A stretch of DNA of 64,000 nt from an uncultured Acidobacteriota bacterium (GCA_963741955.1 CAVUKB010000007.1:544001-608000); one strand, 5' to 3'. Shown: positions 1-10,588, numbered from the stretch's first letter. Notes: generated from the sequence alone by a model not told the origin. Made by a program: numbers and translations.

Positions 1-209
1 GGCACGTAGAGATCACGGCCGACGTCGATGATCGGATCCATCCAGCGATTCCACGAGTGTGCCAGCGCCACGCCGGCGGCCACCAGGAGGAGGGTGATGG
101 CGAAGACCTCGAGTGTGATGCGGCGCTTCCGAATGCGCGAGCTCTCCGCTGGCGACTGCACGCTCTCGGCTGCAGTCGGGGCATCTGCTTCGTCGGTCAG
201 CACGCTCAT
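1..209 (-). CDS. Partial (N-terminal) membrane protein, possibly a GT-C-type glycosyltransferase
   Basis: Manual translation from ATG at 209: MSVLTDEAD...ITLEVFAITLLLVAAGVALAHSWNRWMDPIIDVGRDLYV; one TM helix then a W-D-x-x-D-x-GR motif; runs off the window edge. Confidence 0.55.
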   Translation of the reverse strand, partial: MSVLTDEADAPTAAESVQSPAESSRIRKRRITLEVFAITLLLVAAGVALAHSWNRWMDPIIDVGRDLYV

Positions 210-375
210 ATGAGAAGGCTCCGAATCATCGCGTCTTGATGTGGAGTCGGTCCGACCATCATGCGTATAATGCTTTGAACCGACCGAGAATAGAATGAAT
301 CGCAACGCAAGGCGAAACGTGCCTTGGCGGACGGTCGAAAGAGCTCGCGAAGCGGGCCCGAAAAAAGGAGTCGCT

Positions 376-1185
376 ATGGCAACGCGTACCACCTCTCGTT
401 CCAAAGCAACGGCTAGTCGGTCCAGCAAGAGTTCCCCGAAGAAGAAAGCTGCGAAGAAGCCTGCTGCAAAGAAGGCTGCGAAGAAGGCAGCAAAAAAACC
501 TGCGGTGAAGAAAGCCGGAAAGGCTGCGAAGAAGCCGGCCCGGAAGAGTGCCCGCCCGGCCGCGAAGCGTGCTGCGAAGAAGGCCCCGGCGAAGAAAGCC
601 GTGAACCGCCCGGCAGCCGGAGGAAGGAAGAAGACTCCCGCCAGGAAGAGCGCGGCGAAGAAAGCGACGGCCGGAAAGTCCGTGAAGCGCCCGGCCGGCA
701 AAGCGGCCGGGAAGGCTCGGGCAAAAAAAGCTGCGCCCCGCAAATCCGCGAAGAAAGCAGCAGGCCGGAAGGCTCCTGCGAAGAAGACCCCAGTGAAGCG
801 CGCAGCGCCGGCGAAGAAGGCGCCGGCCCGGAAGGCCGCCGCGAAGAAACCTGCCGCGAGAAAGGCCCCGGCAAAGAAGGCTGCCGCGAAGCAGGCGCCA
901 GCGCAGAAAGCGCCGGCGAAGAAGCCAGCGACGAAGAAGTCGCGTGCCCGGACGACTGCGGCCACCGCCGGACGAACACCCGCTCCCGTTTCCACCACTC
1001 CTCCCGAGCCGGCGACTTCCGGTTGGGGAATGCCGCCTGCGGCAGCCGAGGAGATCGAGACCGCCGAAGAGAGCGGCCTCGGTCACGAAGAGGAAGTGCC
1101 GGAGCTCGAATCGACCTCGAGTTACTACGGAGGAGAGCTCGGTGACGAGGTCGCAACGACCGAAGACGACGACGACGAATTCTGA
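376..1185 (+). CDS. Histone H1-like Lys/Ala-rich nucleoid protein with acidic C-terminal tail
   Basis: AAGGAG RBS before ATG 376; many KKAPAKK/AAKK repeats; ends EDDDDEF; followed by a terminator. Confidence 0.85.
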   Translation: MATRTTSRSKATASRSSKSSPKKKAAKKPAAKKAAKKAAKKPAVKKAGKAAKKPARKSARPAAKRAAKKAPAKKAVNRPAAGGRKKTPARKSAAKKATAGKSVKRPAGKAAGKARAKKAAPRKSAKKAAGRKAPAKKTPVKRAAPAKKAPARKAAAKKPAARKAPAKKAAAKQAPAQKAPAKKPATKKSRARTTAATAGRTPAPVSTTPPEPATSGWGMPPAAAEEIETAEESGLGHEEEVPELESTSSYYGGELGDEVATTEDDDDEF

Positions 1186-1212
1186 TCCCGCCGATGCGAG
1201 GATCCTCCTTTC

Positions 1213-1241
1213 GGACCGGCCTGAGGGCCGGTCCTTTTTTT
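1213..1241 (+). terminator. Intrinsic terminator
   Basis: GGACCGGCC-tgag-GGCCGGTCC followed by T7. Confidence 0.9.
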
Positions 1242-1310
1242 ACGCCGCCTTCCTCGAGTATGTAATCCTGTATTTACAAATGTACCGGGTGAGAAATCTC
1301 TCGCCGTCAT

Positions 1311-1535
1311 CAGCCGTGAGTCGACGGCTTCTTTCAATCGCCCCTACGGGGCTCGTGAGGCAACCGAAGTTGTGTCGGGATCGTCGTGATCCCAGGGCTG
1401 CGCCCTGGGCTACTGTCGATCGCCCCTACGGGGCTCGAGAGGCGGCGAGGTTGTGTCGGGAGCGTCTGAATCCCAGGGCTGCGCCCTGGGCTATTCTCAA
1501 TCGCCCCTACGGGGCTCGTGAGGCAACCGAGTTGT
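1311..1535. repeat. REP-like array, about 3 units with 81-82 bp period
   Basis: ATCGCCCCTACGGGGCTCG at 1337, 1419 and 1500; CCCAGGGCTGCGCCCTGGGCT at 1391 and 1472; both motifs are palindromic. Confidence 0.85.
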
Positions 1536-1568
1536 ATGTGGGTCGACTCCGGCACGAAGATCCGTGGT

Positions 1569-1597
1569 TTGACTTTGCCGGCATCGTCCTTCAGAAT
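1569..1597 (+). promoter_or_regulatory. Sigma70-type promoter for metH
   Basis: TTGACT-N17-CAGAAT; predicted TSS near 1604, at the start of the putative riboswitch. Confidence 0.65.
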
Positions 1598-1604
1598 TCC
1601 TACG

Positions 1605-1656
1605 CTGGATTGAGTTGGGGCCGCTTGCAACCAGGGTAAAAAAAGCTAAAGAGCCG
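1605..1656 (+). ncRNA. SAM-II-like riboswitch aptamer
   Basis: CTGG-at-TGAGTT-ggggccg-CTTGC-aa-CCAG-ggTAAAAAAA-GCTAAAGAG follows the SAM-II layout (P1-UGAUUU...UUGC-P1'-UAAA...GCUAAA); lies upstream of metH. Confidence 0.7.
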
Positions 1657-1685
1657 TACGACGGACTCGCTCTTGACCTTTTTCG

Positions 1686-1715
1686 TCGCCCCGCTTGTCG
1701 GGGCGATTTGCTTTT
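1686..1715 (+). terminator. Leader terminator/attenuator hairpin before metH
   Basis: TCGCCCCG-cttgt-CGGGGCGA followed by TTTGCTTTT. Confidence 0.6.
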
Positions 1716-1750
1716 GTCCCCACCTCTCACTCCGGCGGAACGGAGGAACC

Positions 1751-4700
1751 ATGCAGTCGAACGAGAGAAACGCCGAGAAGATCCGGCAGCTGCTTCGGGA
1801 AAGAATTCTGATTCTCGACGGGGCGATGGGCACCATGATCCAGCGGGTCGGGCTCGGCGAAGCGGATTTCCGTGGAGAACGCTTTGCCGACCATCCATCG
1901 GATCTTCGTGGTGCGAACGACATTCTCTCGATCACCCGTCCCGACGTGATCGGGTGCATCCATGGCGATTTCCTCGAAGCAGGCGCCGACATGATCGAGA
2001 CGAACACGTTCAACGCGAACGCGATCTCGATGGCGGATTACGATCTGCAGAGCGCGGTCCGAGAGATGAATCTCGCTTCGGCGAAAGTCGCCCGCGAGGC
2101 GGTCGAGGAGTCGATGCGGCGGGATCCCTCCAGACCGCGTTTCGTCGCCGGATCGATCGGTCCGACGAACCGGACCGCATCCCTCTCCCCGGACGTGAAC
2201 AATCCCGCCTTCCGTGCCGTCACGTTCGAGCAGCTCGTCGACGCGTATTACGAGCAGGCATCCGCACTCCTGGAAGGAGGCGTGGATCTTCTCCTTCCGG
2301 AGACGACCTTCGACACGCTGAACCTGAAGGCGGCACTCTTCGCGATCGCGAAGCTCTTCGACGACGTTGGCCGGCGCGTTCCGGTCATCGCATCCGTCAC
2401 CATCACCGATGCGTCGGGGCGGACCCTCTCCGGCCAGACCGTGGAAGCGTTCTGGAATTCCGTCTCGCACTTCGACCTCCTGGCCGTGAGTCTCAACTGC
2501 GCGCTCGGAGCTGCGCAGATGCGGTCTCACGTCGAGGATCTCGCTCGGATCGCGCCGGTGTTCGTCGCGTGCTATCCGAACGCCGGTCTCCCGAATGCGC
2601 TCGGGGAGTACGACGAGTCGCCGGAGAAGATGGCCGCGCAGCTTCACGAGTATGCGGCGAACGGATGGCTGAACATCGTCGGCGGCTGCTGCGGAACGAC
2701 GCCCGATCACATTCGCGAGATCGCCCGTTCCGTGCGGGGCCTCAAGCCGCACGTCCCGGCGCAACCGGAACGGCATCTCCGTCTGAGCGGTCTCGAGCCG
2801 CTGACCGTGCGCCCTGACTCGAACTTCATCATGATCGGTGAGCGGACCAACGTCACCGGCTCTCCCCGTTTCGCGAAACTGATCTTCGCCGGAGACTTCG
2901 AAGCGGCGCTCGGAGTGGCGCGACAGCAGATCGAACGGGGAGCGAACATTCTCGACGTCAACATGGACGAGGGGCTGCTCGACTCCGAGGAGTCGATGCG
3001 GGTGTTTCTGAACGGTATCGCCGCCGAGCCGGACATCTCACGGATTCCGATCATGATCGACAGCTCGCGCTGGTCCGTGATCGAGACCGGCCTCCGCTGC
3101 ATTCAGGGAAAAGGCGTGGTCAACTCGATCAGCCTGAAAGAAGGTGAGGATGTCTTCCGCGAGCACGCACGCCGGATTCGGCGCTACGGCGCAGCCGTCG
3201 TGGTGATGGCGTTCGACGAGAAAGGACAGGCGGACACGGTCGAGAGAAAGGTCGCGATCCTCTCCCGCGCCTACTCGATCCTCACCGAGGAGATCGGGTT
3301 CGATCCCACGGACATCATCTTCGATCCGAACGTCCTGACGGTCGCCACCGGGATGGAGGAGCACGATTCGTACGGCGTGGCGTTCATCGAGGCGGTTCGT
3401 GAGTTGAAGAAGCGTTTCCCGGAGAGTTACACCTCGGGCGGCATCAGCAACGTCTCTTTCTCCTTCCGCGGCAACAATCCGGTCCGCGAAGCGATGCACG
3501 CAGCATTTCTCTTTCACGCCATCCACGCCGGCCTCGACATGGGCATCGTGAACGCGGGACAGCTCGCGATCTACGAAGAAATCCCGAAAGACCTCCTCGA
3601 ACTGGTGGAGGACGTTCTCCTGAACCGCCGGCCCGACGCCACCGAGCGGTTGTTGCGCTTCGCGGACACGGTGAAGGCACAGGAAAAGACACCGGAGAAG
3701 GAACAGGCCTGGAGGAGCGGAACGGTCGAGGAGCGGCTCGCGCATGCACTGATCAAGGGGATCGTCGACTTCATCGAATCGGATCTCGAGGAGGCGCGAG
3801 GCGTCTATCCAAGTGCGTTGTCGATCATCGAAGGGCCGCTGATGGAGGGGATGAAGGTGGTGGGCGACCTCTTCGGAGCGGGAAAGATGTTCCTTCCTCA
3901 GGTGGTCAAGAGCGCACGGGTGATGAAGAAGGGAGTGGCCTATCTCCAGCCGTTCATGGAGGCGGAAAAGAGCCAGGCACGCTCGACGGCAGGCACGGTT
4001 CTCCTGGCGACGGTCAAAGGCGACGTGCACGACATCGGGAAGAACATCGTCGGGGTGGTCCTCGCCTGCAACAACTTCGAGGTGATCGACCTCGGTGTGA
4101 TGGTCCCGTCCGACCGGATTCTCCAGACTGCGAAGGAGAAGGAGGTCGACGTGATCGGATTGAGTGGTCTGATCACTCCGAGTCTCGACGAGATGGTTCA
4201 CGTCGCGCAGGAGATGGACCGGCTCGGGTTGCATCTGCCGCTGCTGATCGGAGGAGCGACCACCAGCAGGCTTCACACTGCGCTGCGGATCGCTCCGGAA
4301 TACGAAGGTCCGACCGTGCACGTGATCGATGCGTCGCGCTCGGCCGGTGTCATCTCGCATCTTCTGAGCGAACAGAGAAGGAATTCTTTCGTCGAAGAGA
4401 ATCGCGTCGAGCAGCAGAAGCTGCGCGAGCAGCACGCGGCGCGGGGTTCGGAGACTCCTCTTCGATCACTGAGCGAAGCAAGAGAACGTGGGGTGCGGAT
4501 CGACTGGAGCGACACCACGATCGCAGTTCCGTCGGACACCGGAGCTCGAATGCGGGCGCCGGTCCCGCTCGAAGAGATCGTGCCGTTCATCGACTGGACG
4601 CCGTTCTTCCACGCCTGGGAACTTCGTGGACGCTACCCGCAGATCCTCGAAGATCCGGTCGCGGGGGAGAGGGCGCGGGAGCTGTACGACGATGCCCGGC

Positions 4701-5524
4701 GACTCCTCGACCGGATCGTCCGGGAGGATCTGATCGAAGCACGCGCGATCTTCGGCCTCTATCCGGCAAACCGGGTCGGCGACGACGTCGAGGTCTACCA
4801 GTCGGCCGATCGCGAGCGGACGATCACCCGGTTTCATTTCCTGCGGCAGCAGGTCGCGAAAAAGGAAGGAGAGCCGAACTACTCTCTCGCTGATTACATC
4901 GCTCCTCGGGATTCGTCGAGGCTCGACTTCCTCGGTGCGTTCGCCGTCAGCGCCGGTTTCGGTGTCGACGAGCTGGCGAAGCGATTTGCAGATGAGCACG
5001 ACGACTACAACGCGATCATGACCCGGGCTCTCGCCGACCGGCTTGCCGAGGCTCTGGCAGAGCTGATCCATCGCGACGCTCGCGTGAGCTGGGGATACGG
5101 TGCGGAGGAGAATCTGAGCACCGAGGATCTGATCCGGGAGAGCTACCGCGGGATCCGTCCCGCTCCCGGTTATCCCGCCTGTCCGGATCACAGCGAGAAG
5201 GCGCTCCTCTTCGAGCTTCTCGACGCAAGTCGCAGGACCGGGATCGAGCTGACTGCGAACTTCGCGATGTCGCCGGCCAGTTCGGTGAGCGGGTTCTACT
5301 TCGCCCATCCCGAATCGAGGTACTTCTCGGTCGGGAAGATCGCGCGGGATCAGGTGTGGGACTACCACCTGCGGAAGGACGTCCCGTTGTCGACGGTCGA
5401 GCGATGGCTCCGGCCGAATCTCGCATACGAGCCGGCGACGGCGGCGAACGGAGCGTGTCCGTGCGGAGAGCAACACTCCGAAGAGTCGAAGTTCGAGACG
5501 GCCGGCGGCGCTACTCGGGAGTGA
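1751..5524 (+). CDS. metH: Cobalamin-dependent methionine synthase
   Basis: [27 protein letters not shown]12 motif [18 protein letters not shown]; GGAGG RBS. Confidence 0.98.
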   Translation: MQSNERNAEKIRQLLRERILILDGAMGTMIQRVGLGEADFRGERFADHPSDLRGANDILSITRPDVIGCIHGDFLEAGADMIETNTFNANAISMADYDLQSAVREMNLASAKVAREAVEESMRRDPSRPRFVAGSIGPTNRTASLSPDVNNPAFRAVTFEQLVDAYYEQASALLEGGVDLLLPETTFDTLNLKAALFAIAKLFDDVGRRVPVIASVTITDASGRTLSGQTVEAFWNSVSHFDLLAVSLNCALGAAQMRSHVEDLARIAPVFVACYPNAGLPNALGEYDESPEKMAAQLHEYAANGWLNIVGGCCGTTPDHIREIARSVRGLKPHVPAQPERHLRLSGLEPLTVRPDSNFIMIGERTNVTGSPRFAKLIFAGDFEAALGVARQQIERGANILDVNMDEGLLDSEESMRVFLNGIAAEPDISRIPIMIDSSRWSVIETGLRCIQGKGVVNSISLKEGEDVFREHARRIRRYGAAVVVMAFDEKGQADTVERKVAILSRAYSILTEEIGFDPTDIIFDPNVLTVATGMEEHDSYGVAFIEAVRELKKRFPESYTSGGISNVSFSFRGNNPVREAMHAAFLFHAIHAGLDMGIVNAGQLAIYEEIPKDLLELVEDVLLNRRPDATERLLRFADTVKAQEKTPEKEQAWRSGTVEERLAHALIKGIVDFIESDLEEARGVYPSALSIIEGPLMEGMKVVGDLFGAGKMFLPQVVKSARVMKKGVAYLQPFMEAEKSQARSTAGTVLLATVKGDVHDIGKNIVGVVLACNNFEVIDLGVMVPSDRILQTAKEKEVDVIGLSGLITPSLDEMVHVAQEMDRLGLHLPLLIGGATTSRLHTALRIAPEYEGPTVHVIDASRSAGVISHLLSEQRRNSFVEENRVEQQKLREQHAARGSETPLRSLSEARERGVRIDWSDTTIAVPSDTGARMRAPVPLEEIVPFIDWTPFFHAWELRGRYPQILEDPVAGERARELYDDARRLLDRIVREDLIEARAIFGLYPANRVGDDVEVYQSADRERTITRFHFLRQQVAKKEGEPNYSLADYIAPRDSSRLDFLGAFAVSAGFGVDELAKRFADEHDDYNAIMTRALADRLAEALAELIHRDARVSWGYGAEENLSTEDLIRESYRGIRPAPGYPACPDHSEKALLFELLDASRRTGIELTANFAMSPASSVSGFYFAHPESRYFSVGKIARDQVWDYHLRKDVPLSTVERWLRPNLAYEPATAANGACPCGEQHSEESKFETAGGATRE

Positions 5525-5984
5525 ATGCCCGGTTCGATCCGGCGTTCACCTGCTGGACGAAGATCCGCTGGAAGTTGCCGACCGGCGACTTGAAATACGC
5601 GGTGCCCCGCAGGGTGACCGGACCATTCGATCCTTCGATCGTATTCTCGGCGACGGCAGGGATCCACAGATCGACCGTCTCCACCTGATGGGGACGTATC
5701 ACCTTCGCGAACGGGCGGTCCGTCTTCGGAACCGTGTACGCGCCGTATCCCATCGATTCGAGCTGGACCCGATCGAGAGTCAGCGGCTCGGATGAACGAT
5801 TGTGGACGTCGAGCTGGAACTTGACCGAGATCGCTCCGGCCTCATGACGTGCGGCGAAGGCCTGCCCTTCGACCTGACGGAGATTGAACTCGGGTTCTGC
5901 GAGATTTGCGGGCATCCGATCGGAAGCGCAGGCCGAGAAAACGAGGACGGCACTCAGTCCGAGTGTGAAGAGAAGTGGTCGCAT
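5511..5984 (-). CDS. Lipoprotein, LEA/WHy-like beta-rich domain; paralog of 27677-28135
   Basis: Lipobox FSAC; AAAGGA RBS; shared motifs with 27677-28135. Confidence 0.75.
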   Translation of the reverse strand: MRPLLFTLGLSAVLVFSACASDRMPANLAEPEFNLRQVEGQAFAARHEAGAISVKFQLDVHNRSSEPLTLDRVQLESMGYGAYTVPKTDRPFAKVIRPHQVETVDLWIPAVAENTIEGSNGPVTLRGTAYFKSPVGNFQRIFVQQVNAGSNRAFTPE

Positions 5985-6282
5985 GCGCGGGTCCTTTCTA
6001 AAATCGAGAACAGCAGCCCTGACCCACCTATTCTGGCCGGTTTCACCGACCGCACTTGAAGACCGGACCCAGCCGCGAAGCGGTGATTCACTTTCGGGAA
6101 TGCGGGCGCTGATGTTCAGACGAGGTCGATTGAAGCGTCACGATTCCGACACCGATGGTGCGTTGCACCACCGTAGCGGCACGGGCTGGGCCATGCCGCT
6201 CCGGTGGCGGCAACGGTTCGCGTCACCGACGCGAGAATCGCGATGAGACGCCATTGGGGTCAGGATGTGATAATGCTTCGAC

Positions 6283-7764
6283 ATGGCGAGAATCGTGACT
6301 GTCGACGAACCCCTCGGCCTCTATGACTACGAGTCTTATGCACACCTGGCCCCCGCAGTTCAAAGACTTCGATCCGAAGCGGCTCCGGTGGTCTCCGCCC
6401 TGCGCGGTCACCGCGTCTGGATGATCAATTCGACGGAGAAGGGTGGTGGGGTCGCCGAGATGCTTCCGCGAATGGTCTCCATCATGCGCGAGCTAGGCGT
6501 GGAATCCGAATGGGCGGTGATCGAAACCGATCGCCAGGATTTTTTCGCATTCACCAAACGGATGCACAACCTCATTCACGGAGTCGGAGATTCGTCCATC
6601 ACCGGCGACGAGCGCCGAGCGTACGAAGAGGTCAACCGCGCGAACGTCGGGAGGCTCACCGAATGGATCCATGACGGTGATCTGGTGGTCGTCCACGATC
6701 CGCAGCCGATGGCTCTCGCCGGGATGATCCGCGAACGCCGGAATGTCCGGACCGTGTGGCGGTGCCACATCGGACTGGATCGGGATCTTCCGCAGACCCG
6801 CGCCGCGTGGGAGTTTCTCGAGCCGTACTCCCGTGACTACGACGACTCCGTTTTTACCGCGGTCGAGTACATCCCCGGTTATCTTTCCGGACGTGCGGTC
6901 GTCGTTCATCCCGGAATCGATCCGCTCAGTCACAAGAATCGTGATCTCACCGCGCACAAGTTGCAGGGGATTCTCTGCAATTCGCGCCTGGCCGTCGAGC
7001 ACGCGCCGGTGCTGACCCCTCCGTTCGCCGAGACGGCGAAGAGACTCTCTCCGGCCGGCGAGTGGGTCGCGGCCACCGAACCGCAGGAGATCGGTCTCCT
7101 CTACCGGCCGATCGTGGCTCAGATCTCGCGCTGGGACCGGCTGAAGGGCTTTGGGCCTCTCCTCGATGGATTCGTCCGGCTGAAGAGGAGAGGTGCGGGA
7201 CCGGCCAATACCTCGGTTCACGCGCACCGATTGCAGATCGCCCGGCTCGTGCTCGCGGGTCCGGATCCGGAATCCGTGACGGACGATCCGGAGGGACGTG
7301 AAGTCCTGGAAGAACTGAAGGCGAAGTACGTCGCGCTTCCGCCGGACCTCCAGCAGGACATCGCTCTGGTTGCTCTCCCGATGGGCTCGAGGAAACAGAA
7401 TGCTCTGATGGTCAACGCGATCCAGCGCTGTGCGACCGTCATGGTTCAGAACTCGCTGCAGGAGGGATTCGGGCTGACGGTGACCGAGGCGCTCTGGAAG
7501 CGCTCCGCTGTGGTCGGCTCGCGTGCGGTCGGGATCCGTCAGCAGATCCGCGACGGCGTGGACGGCAAACTCGTCGGCGATCCCTCGAACGCCGAGGAGA
7601 TCGCGCAGGCGTTGGACGAGGTTCTGCGGGATCCGAAGCAGCGCGAGAGCTTCGGTGCCAGCGGCCAGAGGCGTGTGTATGACGAGTTTCTGGTTTTCTC
7701 GCAACTCCGGCGCTGGTTTCGCATTTTCGGAGACCTCGCGCGTCGCGCGAGGAACGGATCCTGA
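6283..7764 (+). CDS. GT4 glycosyltransferase, TreT-like trehalose synthase
   Basis: INSTxxGGGVAEML, VHDPQP, WRCHI, QISRWDRLK, EGFGLTVTEA. Confidence 0.88.
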   Translation: MARIVTVDEPLGLYDYESYAHLAPAVQRLRSEAAPVVSALRGHRVWMINSTEKGGGVAEMLPRMVSIMRELGVESEWAVIETDRQDFFAFTKRMHNLIHGVGDSSITGDERRAYEEVNRANVGRLTEWIHDGDLVVVHDPQPMALAGMIRERRNVRTVWRCHIGLDRDLPQTRAAWEFLEPYSRDYDDSVFTAVEYIPGYLSGRAVVVHPGIDPLSHKNRDLTAHKLQGILCNSRLAVEHAPVLTPPFAETAKRLSPAGEWVAATEPQEIGLLYRPIVAQISRWDRLKGFGPLLDGFVRLKRRGAGPANTSVHAHRLQIARLVLAGPDPESVTDDPEGREVLEELKAKYVALPPDLQQDIALVALPMGSRKQNALMVNAIQRCATVMVQNSLQEGFGLTVTEALWKRSAVVGSRAVGIRQQIRDGVDGKLVGDPSNAEEIAQALDEVLRDPKQRESFGASGQRRVYDEFLVFSQLRRWFRIFGDLARRARNGS

Positions 7765-7788
7765 CGCGCGACGACTTCAGGAGGATTG

Positions 7789-8844
7789 ATGGCCAGAATC
7801 GCAGTGATCGGAACCGGATGGGGGGCCCGAGCCCAGATCCCGGCCTTTCGAGATGCCGGACTGGAGATCGCAGGAATCGCCGGATCGGATCCCGAAAAGA
7901 CTCGTCGGATCGCCGGAGATCTCGGAGTGGAGCCGTGGAGTGACTGGCGGGAGATGGTAGTCCGGTCGGAGGCCGATCTGATCTCCGTGACCGCCCCACC
8001 ATCGCATCACTTCGACATGGCCATGATGGCGCTCGAGCACGAGCGGCACGTGCTCTGCGAAAAGCCCACCGCGATGAACGCGGCCGAGGCGAAGCGGATG
8101 CTCGAACGGGCGACGGAAAGACCGCAACGGCTTTCTCTGATCGACCACGAGCTCCGCTTCCTTCCGACCTGGCAGGAGGCGCGAACGAGAATCGCGGAGC
8201 TCGGAGAATTGCGATTCGCCGAAGTTCGGTACGCGTCGCCGAGTCGCTCGGATCCAGGCCGGGCGTGGAACTGGTGGAGTGACGCCGACGCCGGTGGCGG
8301 CGTATGGGGCGCGGTCGGCTCTCACGCCGTCGACACGCTTCGATTCCTGGTGGGTGAGGTCCACGAGGCGCAGGGGCTGATGCACACGTTCGTCGCTGAG
8401 CGACCGTTGCCCGGCGAAGGAACGAGGGTAGTGACCGCGGACGATTTCGCGGGAGTGAATCTCCGTATGAAACGTGGCGTACTCGCGACGATGCTGTTCA
8501 CTGCGGTTGCCGGGGTCGATGAACCGACCGTCATCACAATCCACGGAGAGGAGGCGTCGTTGCGGCTCTCCGGCCCGACGCTGCGCATTGCGAAACGCGG
8601 CGGTGAGTGGGAAGAGGCGCGGACTCTCCCCGGCCCACGTCGTCCGGGAGACACCGCGGGCGGCTGGTTCGGAACCGGCACGTTCGAGCTCGGACGCGCA
8701 CTGAAGCGGGCGATCGATGAAGACGACCGGCACGCGTTGTCCTTCGCTGCGACGTTCTACGACGGACTGGCGCAGCAGCGGGTGCTCGATGCTGCGCGCC
8801 GATCTCACGAACACGGCGGCCACTGGGTCGAAGTCGAGCAGTAG
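7789..8844 (+). CDS. Gfo/Idh/MocA oxidoreductase
   Basis: IAVIGTGWG Rossmann motif, HVLCEKP, GSHAVD. Confidence 0.9.
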   Translation: MARIAVIGTGWGARAQIPAFRDAGLEIAGIAGSDPEKTRRIAGDLGVEPWSDWREMVVRSEADLISVTAPPSHHFDMAMMALEHERHVLCEKPTAMNAAEAKRMLERATERPQRLSLIDHELRFLPTWQEARTRIAELGELRFAEVRYASPSRSDPGRAWNWWSDADAGGGVWGAVGSHAVDTLRFLVGEVHEAQGLMHTFVAERPLPGEGTRVVTADDFAGVNLRMKRGVLATMLFTAVAGVDEPTVITIHGEEASLRLSGPTLRIAKRGGEWEEARTLPGPRRPGDTAGGWFGTGTFELGRALKRAIDEDDRHALSFAATFYDGLAQQRVLDAARRSHEHGGHWVEVEQ

Positions 8845-9005
8845 CGGGAGTCCCTGCGACTCTCCGAGTCCTCGCGATCGTGCGGGTGGGCACGATCCCG
8901 GGTGAGCTGCGTCACCGAGGCCGCTCCCGTCATCTGGCCCAATCGGATATATCTTGCGGTTCATCACCGGGCGTTGACGGCGCTCGACAGAGGGGAGATC
9001 CATCC

Positions 9006-10541
9006 ATGCCAAATGCCTCGAGAGTTCTGAACGCGCAGCTTCGTAGCAGGATCATGTCGGCCGAGGAGGCTGCGGCTCTGATCCACTCGGGAGTGAACGT
9101 CGGGATGAGTGGATTCACCGGGGCCGGATACCCGAAGGCGGTTCCGTATGCGCTCGCGCGCCGGATCATGGAATCGAATCTCTCCGGACAGAAATTCAAG
9201 ATCGGGGTCTTCACCGGAGCGTCGACCGCCCCCGAGCTCGATGGTGCGCTCGCGATGGTCGACGGCGTTCAGCTTCGCCTCCCGTATCAGTCGGATCCCA
9301 CCTGCCGGACGAGGATCAACGCGGGTGAGATGGATTATCTCGACATTCACCTCAGCCACGTCGCGCAGTTCGTCTGGTTCGGATTCCTCGGCAAACTCGA
9401 CTTCGCGGTGGTGGAAGTCGCCGGGATTCTCGAGGACGGCAGACTCGTTCCTTCCTCCTCCGTCGGCAACAACAAGACCTGGCTCGATCAGGCGGACAAG
9501 GTCATTCTGGAGGTCAACTCCTGGCAGAGCGAGAAGCTCGAGGGGATGCACGACATCTACTACGGGACGGCATTACCACCGCATCGGAAGCCGATTCCGA
9601 TCGTCAGACCGGACGACCGCATCGGAACGCCCTATTTCCACTGTCCGGCGGAGAAGATCGTCGCAGTGGTGGAGACCGACGCTCCCGATCGGAATGCCCC
9701 CTTCTCCCCTCCCGACGCCGCGTCGAAGAAGATTGCGGAGAACATTCTCGAGTTTCTCGCGAGCGAAGTGAAGAAGGGGCGGATGCCGGAGAACCTCCTT
9801 CCGATGCAGTCCGGTGTCGGCAACATCGCGAACGCCGTCCTGGTCGGGCTGAACGAGGGGACCTTCGAGAACCTCACGTCGTACACCGAAGTGCTGCAGG
9901 ACGGAATGCTCGATCTGATCCGATCGGGGAAGCTTCGGATGGCCTCGGCCACTGCGTTCTCGCTCAGCCCCTCCGCTCTCGACTCTCTTTACGCGGACCT
10001 CGATCTCTACCGCGAGCGGATTCTCCTCAGGCCTCAGGAGATCAGCAATCATCCGGAGGTGATCCGGAGGCTCGGCTGCCTGGCGATGAACGGGATGATC
10101 GAGGCGGACATCTACGGCAACGTGAATTCGACGCACGTGATGGGGACGAAGATCCAGAACGGCATCGGCGGATCGGGCGACTTCGCGCGAAACGCGTACC
10201 TGTCGTTCTTCATGACTCCGTCCACTGCGAAGAACGGAGCGATCTCCTGCATCGTTCCGATGGTCTCGCACGTCGATCACACCGAGCACGACGTGCAGGT
10301 GATCGTCACCGAACAGGGGCTGGCCGACCTTCGGGGACTCTCGCCGCGGCAGCGCGCGAAGGTCGTGATCGAGAACTGCACGCATCCGGACTACCGACCG
10401 GCGCTTCGCGAGTACTACCGGCGCGCGCTCGAGCTTTCTCCCGGCAAGCACACGCCCCACCTTCTCGGGGAGGCGTTCGACTGGCACCTGCGGTTCATGC
10501 GGACCGGCTCGATGGCGGATGCGGGCGTCCCGGCTCGCTGA
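9006..10541 (+). CDS. Acetyl-CoA hydrolase / succinate CoA-transferase
   Basis: GMSGFTGAGYPK, QSGVGNIANA, YTEVLQD, GIGGSGDFARNA. Confidence 0.93.
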   Translation: MPNASRVLNAQLRSRIMSAEEAAALIHSGVNVGMSGFTGAGYPKAVPYALARRIMESNLSGQKFKIGVFTGASTAPELDGALAMVDGVQLRLPYQSDPTCRTRINAGEMDYLDIHLSHVAQFVWFGFLGKLDFAVVEVAGILEDGRLVPSSSVGNNKTWLDQADKVILEVNSWQSEKLEGMHDIYYGTALPPHRKPIPIVRPDDRIGTPYFHCPAEKIVAVVETDAPDRNAPFSPPDAASKKIAENILEFLASEVKKGRMPENLLPMQSGVGNIANAVLVGLNEGTFENLTSYTEVLQDGMLDLIRSGKLRMASATAFSLSPSALDSLYADLDLYRERILLRPQEISNHPEVIRRLGCLAMNGMIEADIYGNVNSTHVMGTKIQNGIGGSGDFARNAYLSFFMTPSTAKNGAISCIVPMVSHVDHTEHDVQVIVTEQGLADLRGLSPRQRAKVVIENCTHPDYRPALREYYRRALELSPGKHTPHLLGEAFDWHLRFMRTGSMADAGVPAR

Positions 10542-10555
10542 GCGGAGGGGAGAAC

Positions 10556-10588
10556 AAAAAAAGGGAGAGGCCGAAGCCTCTCCCTTTC
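10556..10588. terminator. Bidirectional intrinsic terminator
   Basis: A7-GGGAGAGGC-cgaa-GCCTCTCCC-TTT between convergent genes. Confidence 0.9.

Noticed and set aside
259-1156. Long minus-strand ORFs over the histone-like gene
   Set aside because: Shadow ORFs of low-complexity GC-rich sequence
1311-1535. Possible CRISPR array
   Set aside because: The intervening segments resemble each other, units contain two palindromes, and there are no cas genes; it fits a REP array
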